DNA of 64,000 bases from contig OZ220691.1 of assembly GCA_965116475.1 (NCBI GenBank), positions 1,760,001-1,824,000 on the forward strand. Direction: 5' to 3'. The stretch comes from Gemmatimonadota bacterium. GTDB taxonomy: Bacteria > Gemmatimonadota > Gemmatimonadetes > Palauibacterales > Palauibacteraceae. Positions within the stretch are counted from its first letter, which is position 1. Every line of letters starts with the position of its first letter. A model generated the notes under the pieces. That model worked only from the letters and a program-made list of their open reading frames with translations, did not search any database and was not told the DNA's origin. A program made the translations under genes and the position numbers. Shown here one piece after another: positions 18,212 through 28,520 of this stretch.

Positions 18212-18936
18212 GCGGCGCAATTCCGCGGCCTGCCGCCACCGTCGTCGTCGCGACCCAGGGGGGCTCCGGGCTGGAGCTCCTCCTGCTTCACCGCCCCGCC
18301 GACGCCAGGTTCGGAGCGGGGGCATGGGCCTTTCCCGGCGGCGCGATCGACGCGGATGACGCCCGCGCGACGTGGGAGAACCGAATCCCGGCCGCCGGCG
18401 AAGCCGCGGCGTGCGTGGCCGCGCTGCGGGAACTGTTCGAGGAGACGGGAATCATGCCGGCGCCGGTGCGCGGCGGCGGACCGGACGAGTTGGCCGGGGC
18501 GCGCCGATCTTTGCTGGCGGACGGGATCCGTTTCTCGCGCGTGGCGGAACGTCTCGAACTCGACTTTTCTTCCACGCGCATCGTGTACTTCGCACGCTGG
18601 ATCACACCGCGCGGTGCGGCGCTCCGGTTCGACACCCGTTTCTTCCTCCTCTCGCTGGAGGAACGGCCGGGTCGCGTGAGCCTCACGCCGGAACACGAGG
18701 CAGCCCTCTGGACGACACCGGACGCGGCCCTGCGGCGCTTCTCAGCCGGCCGGCTACCGATGATGTTCCCGACGGCAAGGACGATCGAGCGCCTCGCCGG
18801 CTTCCGGTCGGTCGAGGACGCCATGATGGCGCTCAGCGACGTGCGAGTGGAACCGGCTCTGGTCAGGCTCGGCGGCGGCGAGGACGGGCCGACGCCGCTC
18901 GCTCCCGGAGACCCCGGATACGACGAGGCCCGGTGA
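18208..18936 (+). CDS. NUDIX hydrolase (NUDT19-like)
   Basis: PRPAATV, FPGGAID...AALRELFEETG, WITP...RFDTRFF. TTG start overlaps the upstream stop. Confidence 0.85.
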   Translation: MSGAIPRPAATVVVATQGGSGLELLLLHRPADARFGAGAWAFPGGAIDADDARATWENRIPAAGEAAACVAALRELFEETGIMPAPVRGGGPDELAGARRSLLADGIRFSRVAERLELDFSSTRIVYFARWITPRGAALRFDTRFFLLSLEERPGRVSLTPEHEAALWTTPDAALRRFSAGRLPMMFPTARTIERLAGFRSVEDAMMALSDVRVEPALVRLGGGEDGPTPLAPGDPGYDEAR

Positions 18937-19754
18937 CGTCGCGGGGACGCCGCCCACGTGTGCGATCGTCGCGCGTGGCCCTCCACGGACCGGAGATCGC
19001 GGCGGTTCGGGCCGACAACCCGGGCCCGCTCACGCTGACCGGGACGCAGACGTATGTGATCGGGACGGGGCCGCTGATCGTGCTGGACCCCGGGCCGCCG
19101 GACGAAGCGCACCTCGACCGCATCGATGACGTGATCGCGGGAAGACCCGTGGCGGCGGTCTGCCTGACGCACGCGCACGCGGACCACGCGGCGTCCGCGG
19201 CGGGTGCCTCCGCCCGCTGGGGAGAGCTCCGCGCCTCCTCCGCCACCCTCGACCTCGTGGGGGCGGCGGGCCGCGCGCTGGCGGACGACGAGGTCCTGGA
19301 GCCCGGAGAGGGCCTCCGCCTGCGGGTGATCCCGACGCCCGGTCATGCCGCGGACCACCTCTGTTACCTGCTCGAGCCCTCGCGCGCCCTCTTCACGGGG
19401 GATCTCGTACTCGGCGAAGGCAGCACCATGATCGCCCACCCGGATGGGTCCGTGGAGGCCTACCTCGCGAGTCTCGCGCGCCTCGCGGCCCTCCGTCCCG
19501 CGCGCCTGCTCCCGGGACACGGCCCACCCGTCGAGGATGCGCTCGCACGCCTCGAAGAATGCCGCGCGCACCGGCTGCGCCGCGTGGCGTCCGTTCGGCG
19601 GGCGCTGGAGGCCGGCGCCCGAACCCCGGAACGGATCCGGGCCGCGGTCTACGGGGATCTTCCCGCCTCACACCACGCGGCGGCGCACCTGACGATCCGC
19701 GCCTACCTCGCCTTTCTCGGGGAGACAACCTCGTCGATCAGCCGTCGGAGATAG
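18933..19754 (+). CDS. MBL-fold metallo-hydrolase (LACTB2-like)
   Basis: NPGPLTLTGT, THAHADH, TPGHAADH, FTGD and PGHG motifs. Confidence 0.88.
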   Translation: MTSRGRRPRVRSSRVALHGPEIAAVRADNPGPLTLTGTQTYVIGTGPLIVLDPGPPDEAHLDRIDDVIAGRPVAAVCLTHAHADHAASAAGASARWGELRASSATLDLVGAAGRALADDEVLEPGEGLRLRVIPTPGHAADHLCYLLEPSRALFTGDLVLGEGSTMIAHPDGSVEAYLASLARLAALRPARLLPGHGPPVEDALARLEECRAHRLRRVASVRRALEAGARTPERIRAAVYGDLPASHHAAAHLTIRAYLAFLGETTSSISRRR

Positions 19755-20806
19755 GCGGGAAACGCGAGATCGCCGAATTCCCCGGGGCCCACCCACCGGT
19801 GCGGCTGCTCCCCCGCAACGTGGCCGGACCGCCACCGGGCCCCGTGCACCGCGAGCCGCAGACGGAAATGGCTGAACGTATGCCGCAGCACGCGGATTTC
19901 CCCGCCCACGCGACAGTCGATACCGAACCGTTCCCGGAGCGCTGTCGTGAGCGCGGCCACGGCGGCCGCGGGCAGGGTCGGCGAGGATAGCGCGACGGAC
20001 GGGAAGTCCCACAGGCCGCCCAGGAGCCCGTCCGACGGCCGGCGCACCACAAGCACCCGTCCGCCCCGGCGGACCACGGCCGCCGCCTCGACCCGCTCGG
20101 GGGACCTGGCGCGCGTCTTCCTCCGGGGACGCTGCCCGACCGTGCCCCGCCGCAGCGCCAGGCATCGGTTCGACAGCGGGCACGCTTCGCAACTCGGGCG
20201 GCGCGGCGTACAGACGGCGCTTCCGAGGTCCATCAGCGCCTGGTTCACGTCCCCCGGCCGCCGCGAGGCCGCGCCGAGGAGCGTTCGTGCGGCCCGATCC
20301 AACTCGGAGGGCGAGCCCGTCTCGAGATCGCCCAGGCGCGACAGGACGCGGCGTGCGTTCCCATCGACCGCGGGTTCCGGCAGCCCGAACGCGATACTGG
20401 CGACGGCCCCCGCCGTATAGGGGCCCACCCCCGGGAGCGTCCGCAGCTCCGACACCGCCCGAGGGATCCGTCCGCCGTACTCCGACACCACGCGCCGCGC
20501 CGCCCGACGCAGGTTGCGGGCCCGCGCGTAGTACCCCAATCCCTCCCAGAGGCCGAGAACCTCGTCCTCCTCCGCTTCCGCGAGCGTCCGCACGTCGGGG
20601 AAGCGATCCATGAACCTCCGATGGTACGGGCCGGCGGTCTCCGCGCGCGTCTGCTGCGCCATCACCTCCGCCACCAGGATCGCGTAGGGGTCACGCTCTC
20701 CGCGCCACGCGATGTCGTCCCGCCGCCGCGCGTCGAACCAGTCCAGCAGCGGCGCCGCCGCCGCCGCCGCGGCCGCGTCAGCGCGAGGCTTCCGGGAAGA
20801 CGCCAT
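19703..20806 (-). CDS. mutY: A/G-specific adenine glycosylase MutY
   Basis: EVMAQQT, WEGLGYYARARNL, LPGVGPYTA, VDGN; 4Fe-4S motif CTPRRPSCEACPLSNRC. Confidence 0.95.
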   Translation of the reverse strand: MASSRKPRADAAAAAAAAPLLDWFDARRRDDIAWRGERDPYAILVAEVMAQQTRAETAGPYHRRFMDRFPDVRTLAEAEEDEVLGLWEGLGYYARARNLRRAARRVVSEYGGRIPRAVSELRTLPGVGPYTAGAVASIAFGLPEPAVDGNARRVLSRLGDLETGSPSELDRAARTLLGAASRRPGDVNQALMDLGSAVCTPRRPSCEACPLSNRCLALRRGTVGQRPRRKTRARSPERVEAAAVVRRGGRVLVVRRPSDGLLGGLWDFPSVALSSPTLPAAAVAALTTALRERFGIDCRVGGEIRVLRHTFSHFRLRLAVHGARWRSGHVAGEQPHRWVGPGEFGDLAFPAYLRRLIDEVVSPRKAR

Positions 20807-21581
20807 CGAAGATGAACACCGCGGGTCCGGTGAGGCGGATCCGCTCCGCCTCGAGGAATTCCACCGTCAGCGCGGCCCCGGACCGGGCGAGGAACTCGAC
20901 CCGGTCCCCCGCCTCCCCCGCGGCCCGGAGAGCGAACGCGACCGCCATGCAGCCGCTGCCGCAGGCGAGCGTCTCCCCCTCCACGCCCCGTTCGAAGGTG
21001 CGGATCGACGCGGTCCCTCCGTCGCGGGCGACAAGGTGCACATTCGCCCCTCCCGGACCGACATCCTCGCGCCACCGCAGCGGTCGGCAGAGATCTTCGA
21101 AGTCCTCCACCTCCACCGACGGGACGGGAACCACGAGGTGTGCCGTCCCCATCCGCACCAGCCAGGCGTCCCGTTCCCCCGCCGCCCCGCCGCCGAGGGG
21201 CACGCGCAGGTCACGTTCCACGCCGGCGTCGAGCGCGTATTCCAGCGCCACGCGGTCCTCCCGCACCCGCGCCAGGATCTCACCGTCGTCCGTCACGAGG
21301 ATGTGATCGGGGGGCACGAGCCCCCGGTCCACCGCGTAACGCGCCGCGCAACGCGAACCGTTCCCGCAGGTGGAGAACTCGGAGCCATCGCGGTTGAAGA
21401 ACCGGAGGCGTACGACTTCCTCGCTCAGGCTTCGGACCGTGATCAACCCGTCCACGCCCACGCCCGTCTGGCGGGGGCACAGCGCGGCGGCCAGGGCCCC
21501 CGCATCCCGGAGCCCCAGTTCTTCGCCCCGCACGATCACGAAGTCATTGCCGGCTCCGGTGTATTTGCTGAATAACGACAT
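20778..21581 (-). CDS. dapF: Diaminopimelate epimerase
   Basis: FSKYTGAGNDF, CGNGSRC and FERGVEGETLACGSG. Confidence 0.92.
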   Translation of the reverse strand: MSLFSKYTGAGNDFVIVRGEELGLRDAGALAAALCPRQTGVGVDGLITVRSLSEEVVRLRFFNRDGSEFSTCGNGSRCAARYAVDRGLVPPDHILVTDDGEILARVREDRVALEYALDAGVERDLRVPLGGGAAGERDAWLVRMGTAHLVVPVPSVEVEDFEDLCRPLRWREDVGPGGANVHLVARDGGTASIRTFERGVEGETLACGSGCMAVAFALRAAGEAGDRVEFLARSGAALTVEFLEAERIRLTGPAVFIFDGVFPEASR

Positions 21582-21601
21582 TTTCAGAGGGGAGGGGGGA
21601 C

Positions 21602-21642
21602 AAAAAGGAAGCCGGCCGCGAGCGTGAAGCCCGCGGCCGGCT
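21602..21642 (-). terminator. Intrinsic terminator upstream of dapF
   Basis: AGCCGGCCGCGGGC-ttcac-GCTCGCGGCCGGCT followed by TCCTTTTT on the minus strand. Confidence 0.85.
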
Positions 21643-21737
21643 CTTGTCTCAACCGAAACCTGACTCGACGCGACGCCGGCGAGGCACCGCAGCTTTCAGG
21701 TCGGCGCATGTCTCGAGCGCCACCGGTTCAGGACCGG

Positions 21738-21803
21738 TTACGCTGCCTCGAGGCGATCGCTTGCCCGTGCCGAGTCAGACCCGGTTCTACATCCTGCAGA
21801 CAC
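21738..21803 (-). CDS. Putative 21-aa small peptide MSAGCRTGSDSARASDRLEAA
   Basis: GTG start lies 7 nt after the GGAGG core of AAGGAGGTGATC (21806-21817); TAA stop. Confidence 0.5.
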   Translation of the reverse strand: MSAGCRTGSDSARASDRLEAA

Positions 21804-21956
21804 TAGATCACCTCCTTCCAAAGGGTTTACGGATAGGGCACGAAAGCACCTACTGCCCGCAATGATGCCGTCCGGTCGGTCGCGCGGCAAGTTTTTTCGG
21901 CTTGCCGGCTCCGCCACCTTCCGTGAGAATCAGGCCGGCCAGACGGCGAGGAGGAG

Positions 21957-22646
21957 ATGACGGACAGCCGGACGGAAAGCCAACAGGGGGCGTTGTCGCC
22001 GGAGGAGCGGCAGGCGACGGTGGACCGTCTCTGCGCGCATTTCGCGCGCGACGCCATGAATACGACCGAATTGGAACGCCGCCTGGACATCGCGTACACC
22101 GCGCGCACCCGGGCGGAACTCGTCGCGCTCGAGCGCGATCTGCCCGCGCTCCGGAGCGAAACCCGCCCGGCAGTCCCGGAACCCGCGACGACCGCCGCCG
22201 TGCCGGTGGATCCCGCGCGCCCCGTCCAGGAGCACGATCTCATCGTCTCCATCTGGGGGGCGACCGAGCGCAAGGGCAGTTGGGTTCCACCCCGCCAGCT
22301 CACCGCTGTCACCGTGATGGGGGGGACGGATCTCGATTTTCGGCAGGCGGCGTTCGCGGCGGAGACGGTGTCGATCCGGCTCCTTGCGCTCATGGGGGGC
22401 GTCGACATCGTCGTCCCCCCGGGGGTCCGCGTCGAGTGGGGCGGCATCGCGCTCATGGGGGGCGTCTCCATGCCCGAACCCGTCACGCCGCCGGCCCCGG
22501 ACGCTCCCGTCATCCGCCTCAGCGGCCTCGTCTGCATGGGAGGCGTCGACGTCGTCGAGCGACACCCGGGCGAGAGCGCGAGGGACGCGCGGAAGCGGAT
22601 CAGAAAGGATCGCAAAGCCCGGCGAAGACTCGCTTCGGGCGACTAG
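21957..22646 (+). CDS. DUF1707 (SHOCT-like) protein with LiaF-like C-terminal domain
   Basis: ERQATVDRL...ELERRLDIAYTARTRAEL..DLP, then VMGGTDLDFR/MGGVDIVVP repeats; strong SD. Confidence 0.8.
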   Translation: MTDSRTESQQGALSPEERQATVDRLCAHFARDAMNTTELERRLDIAYTARTRAELVALERDLPALRSETRPAVPEPATTAAVPVDPARPVQEHDLIVSIWGATERKGSWVPPRQLTAVTVMGGTDLDFRQAAFAAETVSIRLLALMGGVDIVVPPGVRVEWGGIALMGGVSMPEPVTPPAPDAPVIRLSGLVCMGGVDVVERHPGESARDARKRIRKDRKARRRLASGD

Positions 22647-22669
22647 CGTGGAGGCCGGCGCGGAATTGC

Positions 22670-22699
22670 TTGACGCCCGGCTCGCGGCTCGGATATAGT
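22670..22699 (+). promoter_or_regulatory. Sigma-70 promoter for the gcvHP operon
   Basis: TTGACG-18 nt-TATAGT. Confidence 0.65.
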
Positions 22700-22751
22700 C
22701 TCCACCGCCGCCACCCCAGAGACGCTCGATCCGAAGCAAGGCAAGGTACGC

Positions 22752-23153
22752 ATGTCGGACATTCCGGAAGACCTCAGATACACGCCCGAGCACGAATACG
22801 TGCGGGAAACCGACGTCGAAGGCGAGGTCTTGATCGGGATCACGGACTACGCCCAGGGGGAACTGGGCGATGTGGTCTACGTCGAACTCCCCGCGCCCGG
22901 CGAAGAGTTCGGCCAGATGGAGGCCTTCGGCACCGTCGAGGCCGTGAAGACCGTCTCCGAACTCTTCTGCCCCGCGGCGGGCGCGATCGTGGCGGTGAAC
23001 GAGGCGCTGGAGGCGGACCCCGGTGTCGTCAACAGCGATCCCTACGGTGGAGGATGGATGATCCGGCTCGAGCTGGAATCGCCCGAGGATTTCAACGAAC
23101 TCCTCACCGCCGAACAGTACGCCGCCCTCGTCGCCGACCCGGACGAGATCTGA
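22752..23153 (+). CDS. gcvH: Glycine cleavage system H protein
   Basis: [16 protein letters not shown], lipoyl motif [17 protein letters not shown]. Confidence 0.96.
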   Translation: MSDIPEDLRYTPEHEYVRETDVEGEVLIGITDYAQGELGDVVYVELPAPGEEFGQMEAFGTVEAVKTVSELFCPAAGAIVAVNEALEADPGVVNSDPYGGGWMIRLELESPEDFNELLTAEQYAALVADPDEI

Positions 23154-23169
23154 CGGCCCGCTCCTGAAC

Positions 23170-26076
23170 ATGCAACTGGAGATGGAGCCGTTCGACGAGT
23201 TCGCCGGGCGCCACATAGGACTGGCGCCCTCGGACATCGGTCCGATGCTGGAGGCGGTCGGCGCGAAGAGCCTCGGCGACCTCGTCGATGAGACGGTTCC
23301 CGAGCCGATCCGCCTGGGTCGCGACCTCGACCTGCCGGAAGCGATCACCGAGCGAAGGCTCCTCGATCGCGCGGCGGAGCTCGCGCGCCTCAACCGCCCC
23401 TTCCGTTCCTATCTCGGCCTGGGGTATCACGGGACGCTGACGCCCGGCGTCATCCTCCGGAACATCATGGAGAACCCTGGGTGGTATACACAGTATACGC
23501 CCTATCAGGCGGAGATCTCGCAGGGGCGCCTCGAGGCCCTGCTCAACTTCCAGACGATGGTCATCGACCTCACGGGGCTTCCGATCGCGAATGCCTCGCT
23601 CCTGGACGAGGGGACCGCCGCGGCGGAGGCGATGCTCATGCTCTGGGGCAGCAAGGGGAGCGACGAGCGGAACGTCTTCCTCGTGTCCGAGGCCTGCCAT
23701 CCCCAGACCGTCGCCGTCGTCCGTGGCCGCGCCCGGCCGCTCGGCATCCAGGTCCGGCTCTTCCAGCACGGCGACATCGCGGCCCACGATCCCGACGACG
23801 CCTTCGGCGCGCTCCTTCAATACCCGACCACGGAAGGCGCGGTCCTCGACTATCGGGGTCTCTGCGACGCCCTTCACGAGCACGGGGCCGGAGTCGTGGT
23901 CGCGGCGGATCTCCTCGCCCTCGCGCTGCTCGTCCCGCCGGGGGAGTTCGGCGCGGACATCGCCGTCGGCAACTCCCAGCGGTTCGGCGTGCCCATGGGT
24001 TACGGCGGACCGCACGCCGCCTACCTCGCGGCCACGGACGCGTTCAGGCGCAAGCTGCCGGGGCGGATCATTGGCGTCTCGGTCGACGCGGACGGGAACC
24101 CCGCGCTCCGGATGGCCCTGCAGACGCGCGAGCAGCACATTCGGCGAGAGAAGGCGACGTCGAACATCTGCACCGCCCAGGTGCTGCTGGCGATCATGGC
24201 CGGGATGTACGCGGTGTATCACGGCCCGGAGGGCATCCGCGCCATCGCGACCCGCGTGCGCAAGTTGGCGTGGACGCTCGCCCACGGACTCGACCGGCTC
24301 GGGCACACGATCGTTCACGAGCAGTTCTTCGACACCCTGCAGGTCATCCCCTCGGGCTTCACCTCCGCCGACATTCTCGCCAGGGCGCGCGAACGCGGCA
24401 TCAACCTGCGGGATTTCGAGGATGGGACCGTCGGGATCGCCCTCGACGAGACGGTGCGGGGCGAGGACATGGAGGATCTGTTCGCGGTCTTCGGGGAGGA
24501 GGGCGGGCCGCGACTCGGCGCCGCGGAGGTCGCCGCGGACATTCCGGAGCCCGTCTATCCCGCGGAACTCGCGCGCACCTCGGACTACCTCGAGCACCCG
24601 GTCTTCAACCGGTACCGTTCCGAGACCGAGATGCTGCGCTACATCCATCGGCTCGAAACCCGGGACCTGTCGCTGAACACGAGCATGATCCCGCTCGGAT
24701 CCTGCACGATGAAGCTCAACGCGACCTCCGAGATGATCCCCGTCACGTGGCCGGAGTTCGGGTCCCTGCACCCGTTCGCCCCCGTGGACCAGACCGAGGG
24801 TTATCGGCGCCTGTTCGACGACCTCGAACGGTGGCTCTGCGAGATGAGCGGACTCCCCGCCTGCTCGCTGCAGCCGAACTCGGGGGCCCAGGGCGAATAC
24901 ACCGGCCTGCTCGTGATCGCGGCCCGACACGAGGACCGGGGCGAAGGGACCCGGGACGTGTGCCTCATCCCGTCGTCGGCGCACGGGACGAACCCCGCGA
25001 GCGCGGTCATGGCCGGGATGAAGGTCGTCGTCGTCCGCTGCGACGAGAACGGGAACATCGACGTGGAAGATCTGCGCGCCAAGGCGGAGAAGCATGCCGA
25101 CCGGCTGGCGGCGACGATGATCACGTATCCGTCCACGCACGGCGTGTTCGAGTCGGCCATCCGGGAGGTTACGGACATCGTGCACGAGCACGGCGGCCTC
25201 GTGTACCTCGATGGCGCCAACCTCAACGCCCAGGTCGGCCTCTGCCGGCCGGGCGACTACGGCGCCGACGTCATCCACATCAACCTCCACAAGACGTTCG
25301 CCATCCCGCACGGCGGGGGCGGTCCGGGGATGGGTCCGATCTGCGTCACGGACGAATTGGCGCCCTACCTGCCGGGACACCCGCTCGTCGACGTGGGCGG
25401 CGACGCCGCGATCCCGCCGGTCTCCGCGGCGCCGTGGGGGAGCGCTTCGATTCTGCTCATCTCGTGGGCCTACATCGCCATGCTCGGCCGCGACGGCGTG
25501 CGCGCCGCGACCGAGGCGGCCGTTCTCAACGCGAACTACATGGCCAGCCTTCTCAGCGAGCACTTCGACGTCCTCTACCGGGGCGAGCACGGGCGGGTGG
25601 CGCACGAGTTCATCCTCGATCTGCGTCCGCTCAGGCGGGGGACGGGCGTGACGGACGAGGATGTCGCGAAGCGGCTCATGGACTACGGATTCCACGCGCC
25701 CACCATGTCCTTCCCGGTCGCGGGCACGATCATGATCGAGCCCACGGAGAGCGAGTCGAAGCGGGAACTGGACCGGCTCGTCCACGCCCTGGCCTCGATC
25801 CGCGAGGAGATTCGGCGGATCGCGGAGGGGACGCTGGATGCGAAGGACAATCCGCTGAAGAATGCGCCGCACACCGCGGAGATGGTCACGGACGATGGGT
25901 GGGACCACGCCTACACGCGGCGGGAAGCGGCCTGGCCGGCGCCGTCGACCCGGGAGTGGAAGTTCTGGCCGCCCGTGCGCCGCGTGAACAACGCGTACGG
26001 GGACCGAAACCTCATCTGCGCGTGTCCGCCGATCGAGAGCTACGAGAGCGAGACCGCCGACACCGCGGCGGTATAG
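23170..26076 (+). CDS. gcvP: Glycine dehydrogenase (decarboxylating), single-chain P protein
   Basis: [29 protein letters not shown] site [16 protein letters not shown]. Confidence 0.98.
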   Translation: MQLEMEPFDEFAGRHIGLAPSDIGPMLEAVGAKSLGDLVDETVPEPIRLGRDLDLPEAITERRLLDRAAELARLNRPFRSYLGLGYHGTLTPGVILRNIMENPGWYTQYTPYQAEISQGRLEALLNFQTMVIDLTGLPIANASLLDEGTAAAEAMLMLWGSKGSDERNVFLVSEACHPQTVAVVRGRARPLGIQVRLFQHGDIAAHDPDDAFGALLQYPTTEGAVLDYRGLCDALHEHGAGVVVAADLLALALLVPPGEFGADIAVGNSQRFGVPMGYGGPHAAYLAATDAFRRKLPGRIIGVSVDADGNPALRMALQTREQHIRREKATSNICTAQVLLAIMAGMYAVYHGPEGIRAIATRVRKLAWTLAHGLDRLGHTIVHEQFFDTLQVIPSGFTSADILARARERGINLRDFEDGTVGIALDETVRGEDMEDLFAVFGEEGGPRLGAAEVAADIPEPVYPAELARTSDYLEHPVFNRYRSETEMLRYIHRLETRDLSLNTSMIPLGSCTMKLNATSEMIPVTWPEFGSLHPFAPVDQTEGYRRLFDDLERWLCEMSGLPACSLQPNSGAQGEYTGLLVIAARHEDRGEGTRDVCLIPSSAHGTNPASAVMAGMKVVVVRCDENGNIDVEDLRAKAEKHADRLAATMITYPSTHGVFESAIREVTDIVHEHGGLVYLDGANLNAQVGLCRPGDYGADVIHINLHKTFAIPHGGGGPGMGPICVTDELAPYLPGHPLVDVGGDAAIPPVSAAPWGSASILLISWAYIAMLGRDGVRAATEAAVLNANYMASLLSEHFDVLYRGEHGRVAHEFILDLRPLRRGTGVTDEDVAKRLMDYGFHAPTMSFPVAGTIMIEPTESESKRELDRLVHALASIREEIRRIAEGTLDAKDNPLKNAPHTAEMVTDDGWDHAYTRREAAWPAPSTREWKFWPPVRRVNNAYGDRNLICACPPIESYESETADTAAV

Positions 26077-26114
26077 GCGCCCGCGACACGACACCAGGAC
26101 CAGGAGGGAAGCGG

Positions 26115-26807
26115 ATGGCGCGACTCGTCTTTCACGGCCAGAGCTGCTACGAGATCGAGACGGCGGACGGAACGCGGATCCTCATCGACCCGTTTCTGAC
26201 CGGGAACCCCGTGGCGGACGTCGGACCGGCGCACTTCACGGACCGCCTCGACTATCTCCTCCTCACGCACGGGCACGGCGACCACATCGCGGACGCCTGG
26301 GACATCCTGAAGGCGACGAATGCAAAGCTGATCGCCACGTATGAGATCGTATCGTACGCCGGGGAGGTGCAGGGCCACGCCAACGCCCACCCCATGCACA
26401 TCGGCGGCGCCCACGAGTTCCCCTTCGGGCGCGTCAAGCTCACCGTGGCCCTCCACGGCGGGAAGATCGACGCGCCGGGTGCGGAGGCGTATACGACGAC
26501 GGCGGCCGGCATCCTCCTCACCGTGGACGGCACGCGCGTCTACCATGCCGGAGATACGGGGCTCACGCGCGACATGGAGCTTCTGAAGGGGGACGTGGAT
26601 GTGGCGCTGGTGCCGATCGGCGACAACTTCACGATGGGTCCGGAGGACGCCGCGCGCGCGATCGAGATGATCGAACCCCGCATCGCGGTTCCGAACCACT
26701 ACGGCACATGGGAGTTGATCGACGTCGATCCGGCCCGCTTCACGGCCGCCGTGGGAGACACCGCCGAGGTCGTGATCCTCGAGCCCGGAGAGGCTCTGGA
26801 GTTGTGA
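26115..26807 (+). CDS. Metal-dependent hydrolase (UPF0173, MBL fold)
   Basis: LIDPFLTGNP, THGHGDH, YHAGDT and PIGDNFTMGP; SD GGAGGG. Confidence 0.9.
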   Translation: MARLVFHGQSCYEIETADGTRILIDPFLTGNPVADVGPAHFTDRLDYLLLTHGHGDHIADAWDILKATNAKLIATYEIVSYAGEVQGHANAHPMHIGGAHEFPFGRVKLTVALHGGKIDAPGAEAYTTTAAGILLTVDGTRVYHAGDTGLTRDMELLKGDVDVALVPIGDNFTMGPEDAARAIEMIEPRIAVPNHYGTWELIDVDPARFTAAVGDTAEVVILEPGEALEL

Positions 26808-27658
26808 CCGCGCGGCGTGCGCGTGCCCGGTCCGGGGGGTCTCCGTGCATCGTGCTCCCCTACGCCGTGGCGGACGGCGCCCGCAACATGGCCGTGGACG
26901 AGGCGATGCTCGAGCTCGCCGCCGGCGGTTCGACGCTGCTCCGCTTCTATGGCTGGGAGCCTTGGTGCCTGTCGCTCGGGCGGCACCAGACGGCGCCGGA
27001 CCGGTTGCTCGGGCGTTCTCCCGCTGAACTCCGCCCCGGCGTCGACGCCGTTCGGCGGCCGACCGGCGGCCGATCCGTCTTCCACGGACCGGAGATCACG
27101 TACGCCTTCGCCTGTCCCGCACGGGCGTGGGGTGGGCCCCGGGCCGTCCTGCGAACCGTGCACCGCGCCCTGGCCGAAGGGCTGCGCGCCGTGGGCGTCC
27201 CTCTCGATACGACTCAGGGCGACGATGCGGAGGCCCGCCTCGCGAAGGCCGCCCGCATCTCCGCCGCGAGTTGCTTTCGCGATCCCGCCCCGGGCGAACT
27301 CACCGTGCGCGGCCGCAAGCTCGTGGGCAGCGCCCAGTGCCGCCGCCGCGGGAGCGTGCTTCAGCACGGGTCCATCCTCCTGGAGGACCGGCAGCGCCTC
27401 GGCGACCTGGACGAGGGCGCCGCGGCGGAGGTCTCGGGAGAGCGGCCCGCCATCGGCCTGAACGAGCTGCTCGACCCTGTGCCCGACCCGCGCCTCATCG
27501 TCGAGCGCCTCGCGGACAGCGTGGCCCGCGCCTTCGGCGCGCCCGCCACCGCCGGGACAAACGCTCCCGCGCAGGTCGCGTCCTCCCGGGCTCTGGTCCG
27601 CCTTGCCGCCCCCTACGAGCGCATCCACCGCTCCGGCGCCCGGCTCTGGAACCGGTAA
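26804..27658 (+). CDS. Lipoate-protein ligase A family protein (LipM-like octanoyltransferase)
   Basis: NMAVDEAML, LRFYGW, RRPTGG, KLVGSAQ and LQHGSI; in the gcvH operon. Confidence 0.85.
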   Translation: MTARRARARSGGSPCIVLPYAVADGARNMAVDEAMLELAAGGSTLLRFYGWEPWCLSLGRHQTAPDRLLGRSPAELRPGVDAVRRPTGGRSVFHGPEITYAFACPARAWGGPRAVLRTVHRALAEGLRAVGVPLDTTQGDDAEARLAKAARISAASCFRDPAPGELTVRGRKLVGSAQCRRRGSVLQHGSILLEDRQRLGDLDEGAAAEVSGERPAIGLNELLDPVPDPRLIVERLADSVARAFGAPATAGTNAPAQVASSRALVRLAAPYERIHRSGARLWNR

Positions 27659-27675
27659 CGGCCCCTTACCGCCGC

Positions 27676-27704
27676 TTGACGGTCCCGCAGACCGCTTCTA
27701 GCTT
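27676..27704 (+). promoter_or_regulatory. Sigma-70 promoter for the exbB/tolQ-like gene
   Basis: TTGACG-17 nt-TAGCTT. Confidence 0.6.
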
Positions 27705-27789
27705 GGTTCCGCTCGTACTCGGGCGCATCCGCGCCGGACGTGGCGAGCCAGTCAATCGATGAACCTTACCGCTTACCGGGAGGACCACC

Positions 27790-28464
27790 TTGATCGCGTC
27801 CACACTCTGGTTGCAGGAGACACTGACGCTGGGTGAGGGTCAGACGCTCAATCTGGCGGAGATCTGGGAGGCCGGGGGTTGGATGATGTGGCCGCTGGGG
27901 GCTGCGCTCGCCATTGGGATCCTCATCATCCTCTGGAAGCTCGTCGACCTGCAGTTGAAGGGCGGCAAGAACAAGACCGTGCTCCGGGAAGCCGACGAAC
28001 AGATCGCCGCCGGCCACCTCGATGAGGCGCTCGAAGTCTGCACCGAGTCCGGCGCTCCGGCGGGGAACGTCCTCAGCGCGGGCCTCTCTCGCTACAACGA
28101 AGGGACCGACCGCGCGACGCAGGCGGTGGAGAATGCCGGCGCCATCGAAGTCGCGGGGCTCGAGAAGGGTCTCGTGTGGCTGGCGACGCTGTCGAACGTC
28201 GCTCCGCTCCTCGGCTTCCTCGGGACCGTGATCGGGATGATCATGGCCTTCCAGGCGATCGAGATCGCCGGCGAAGTGGAAGCCACGCTGGTCGCCGGCG
28301 GGATCAAGGTCGCGCTCATCACGACCGCCACCGGGCTCACGATCGCGATTCCGATCAACATCTTCCACAACTATTTCGTGACGAAGATCGACCGCCTCGT
28401 CATCGACATGGAAGAGAGTGCCCAGCGTCTCATCGACGCGCTGCACGAGCGCGCGTCCGGCTAG
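27790..28464 (+). CDS. MotA/TolQ/ExbB proton channel family protein
   Basis: GGWMMWPL, APLLGFLGTVIGMI and ALITTATGL. Confidence 0.92.
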   Translation: MIASTLWLQETLTLGEGQTLNLAEIWEAGGWMMWPLGAALAIGILIILWKLVDLQLKGGKNKTVLREADEQIAAGHLDEALEVCTESGAPAGNVLSAGLSRYNEGTDRATQAVENAGAIEVAGLEKGLVWLATLSNVAPLLGFLGTVIGMIMAFQAIEIAGEVEATLVAGGIKVALITTATGLTIAIPINIFHNYFVTKIDRLVIDMEESAQRLIDALHERASG

Positions 28465-28520
28465 AGGAAGGAAGAGCCGGTCGCCGGGCGCGTCCCGGCG
28501 CACGCGAGGGGTTCCGAACA

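Larger units (their letters stand above)
21602..21858 (-). ncRNA. Candidate structured small RNA / sORF-bearing transcript
   Basis: Weak promoter (TTGCCG-17-CATCAT, 21862-21890), 5' hairpin, long G-U-supported stem joining about 21651-21672 with 21766-21786, terminator. Confidence 0.55.

Noticed and set aside
21806..21817. GATCACCTCCTT read as the 3' end of a 16S rRNA gene
   Set aside because: There is no upstream 16S sequence (no helix 44/45 motifs). It is better explained as a Shine-Dalgarno on the minus strand.
21602..21858. tmRNA, suggested by the LEAA-stop ORF
   Set aside because: No tRNA-like ends (GGGG 5' end, T-loop, CCA) are visible, and the ORF has its own SD and start codon.
23104..26094. 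996-aa minus-strand ORF
   Set aside because: Antisense shadow of gcvP caused by high-GC codon bias; no recognisable motifs.
23481..26114. N-terminal extension of the 1108-aa ORF, read as a fusion or frameshift with gcvP
   Set aside because: The alternate frame is Arg/Pro/Gly-rich. The real hydrolase begins at ATG 26115 with an SD, and gcvP is intact.
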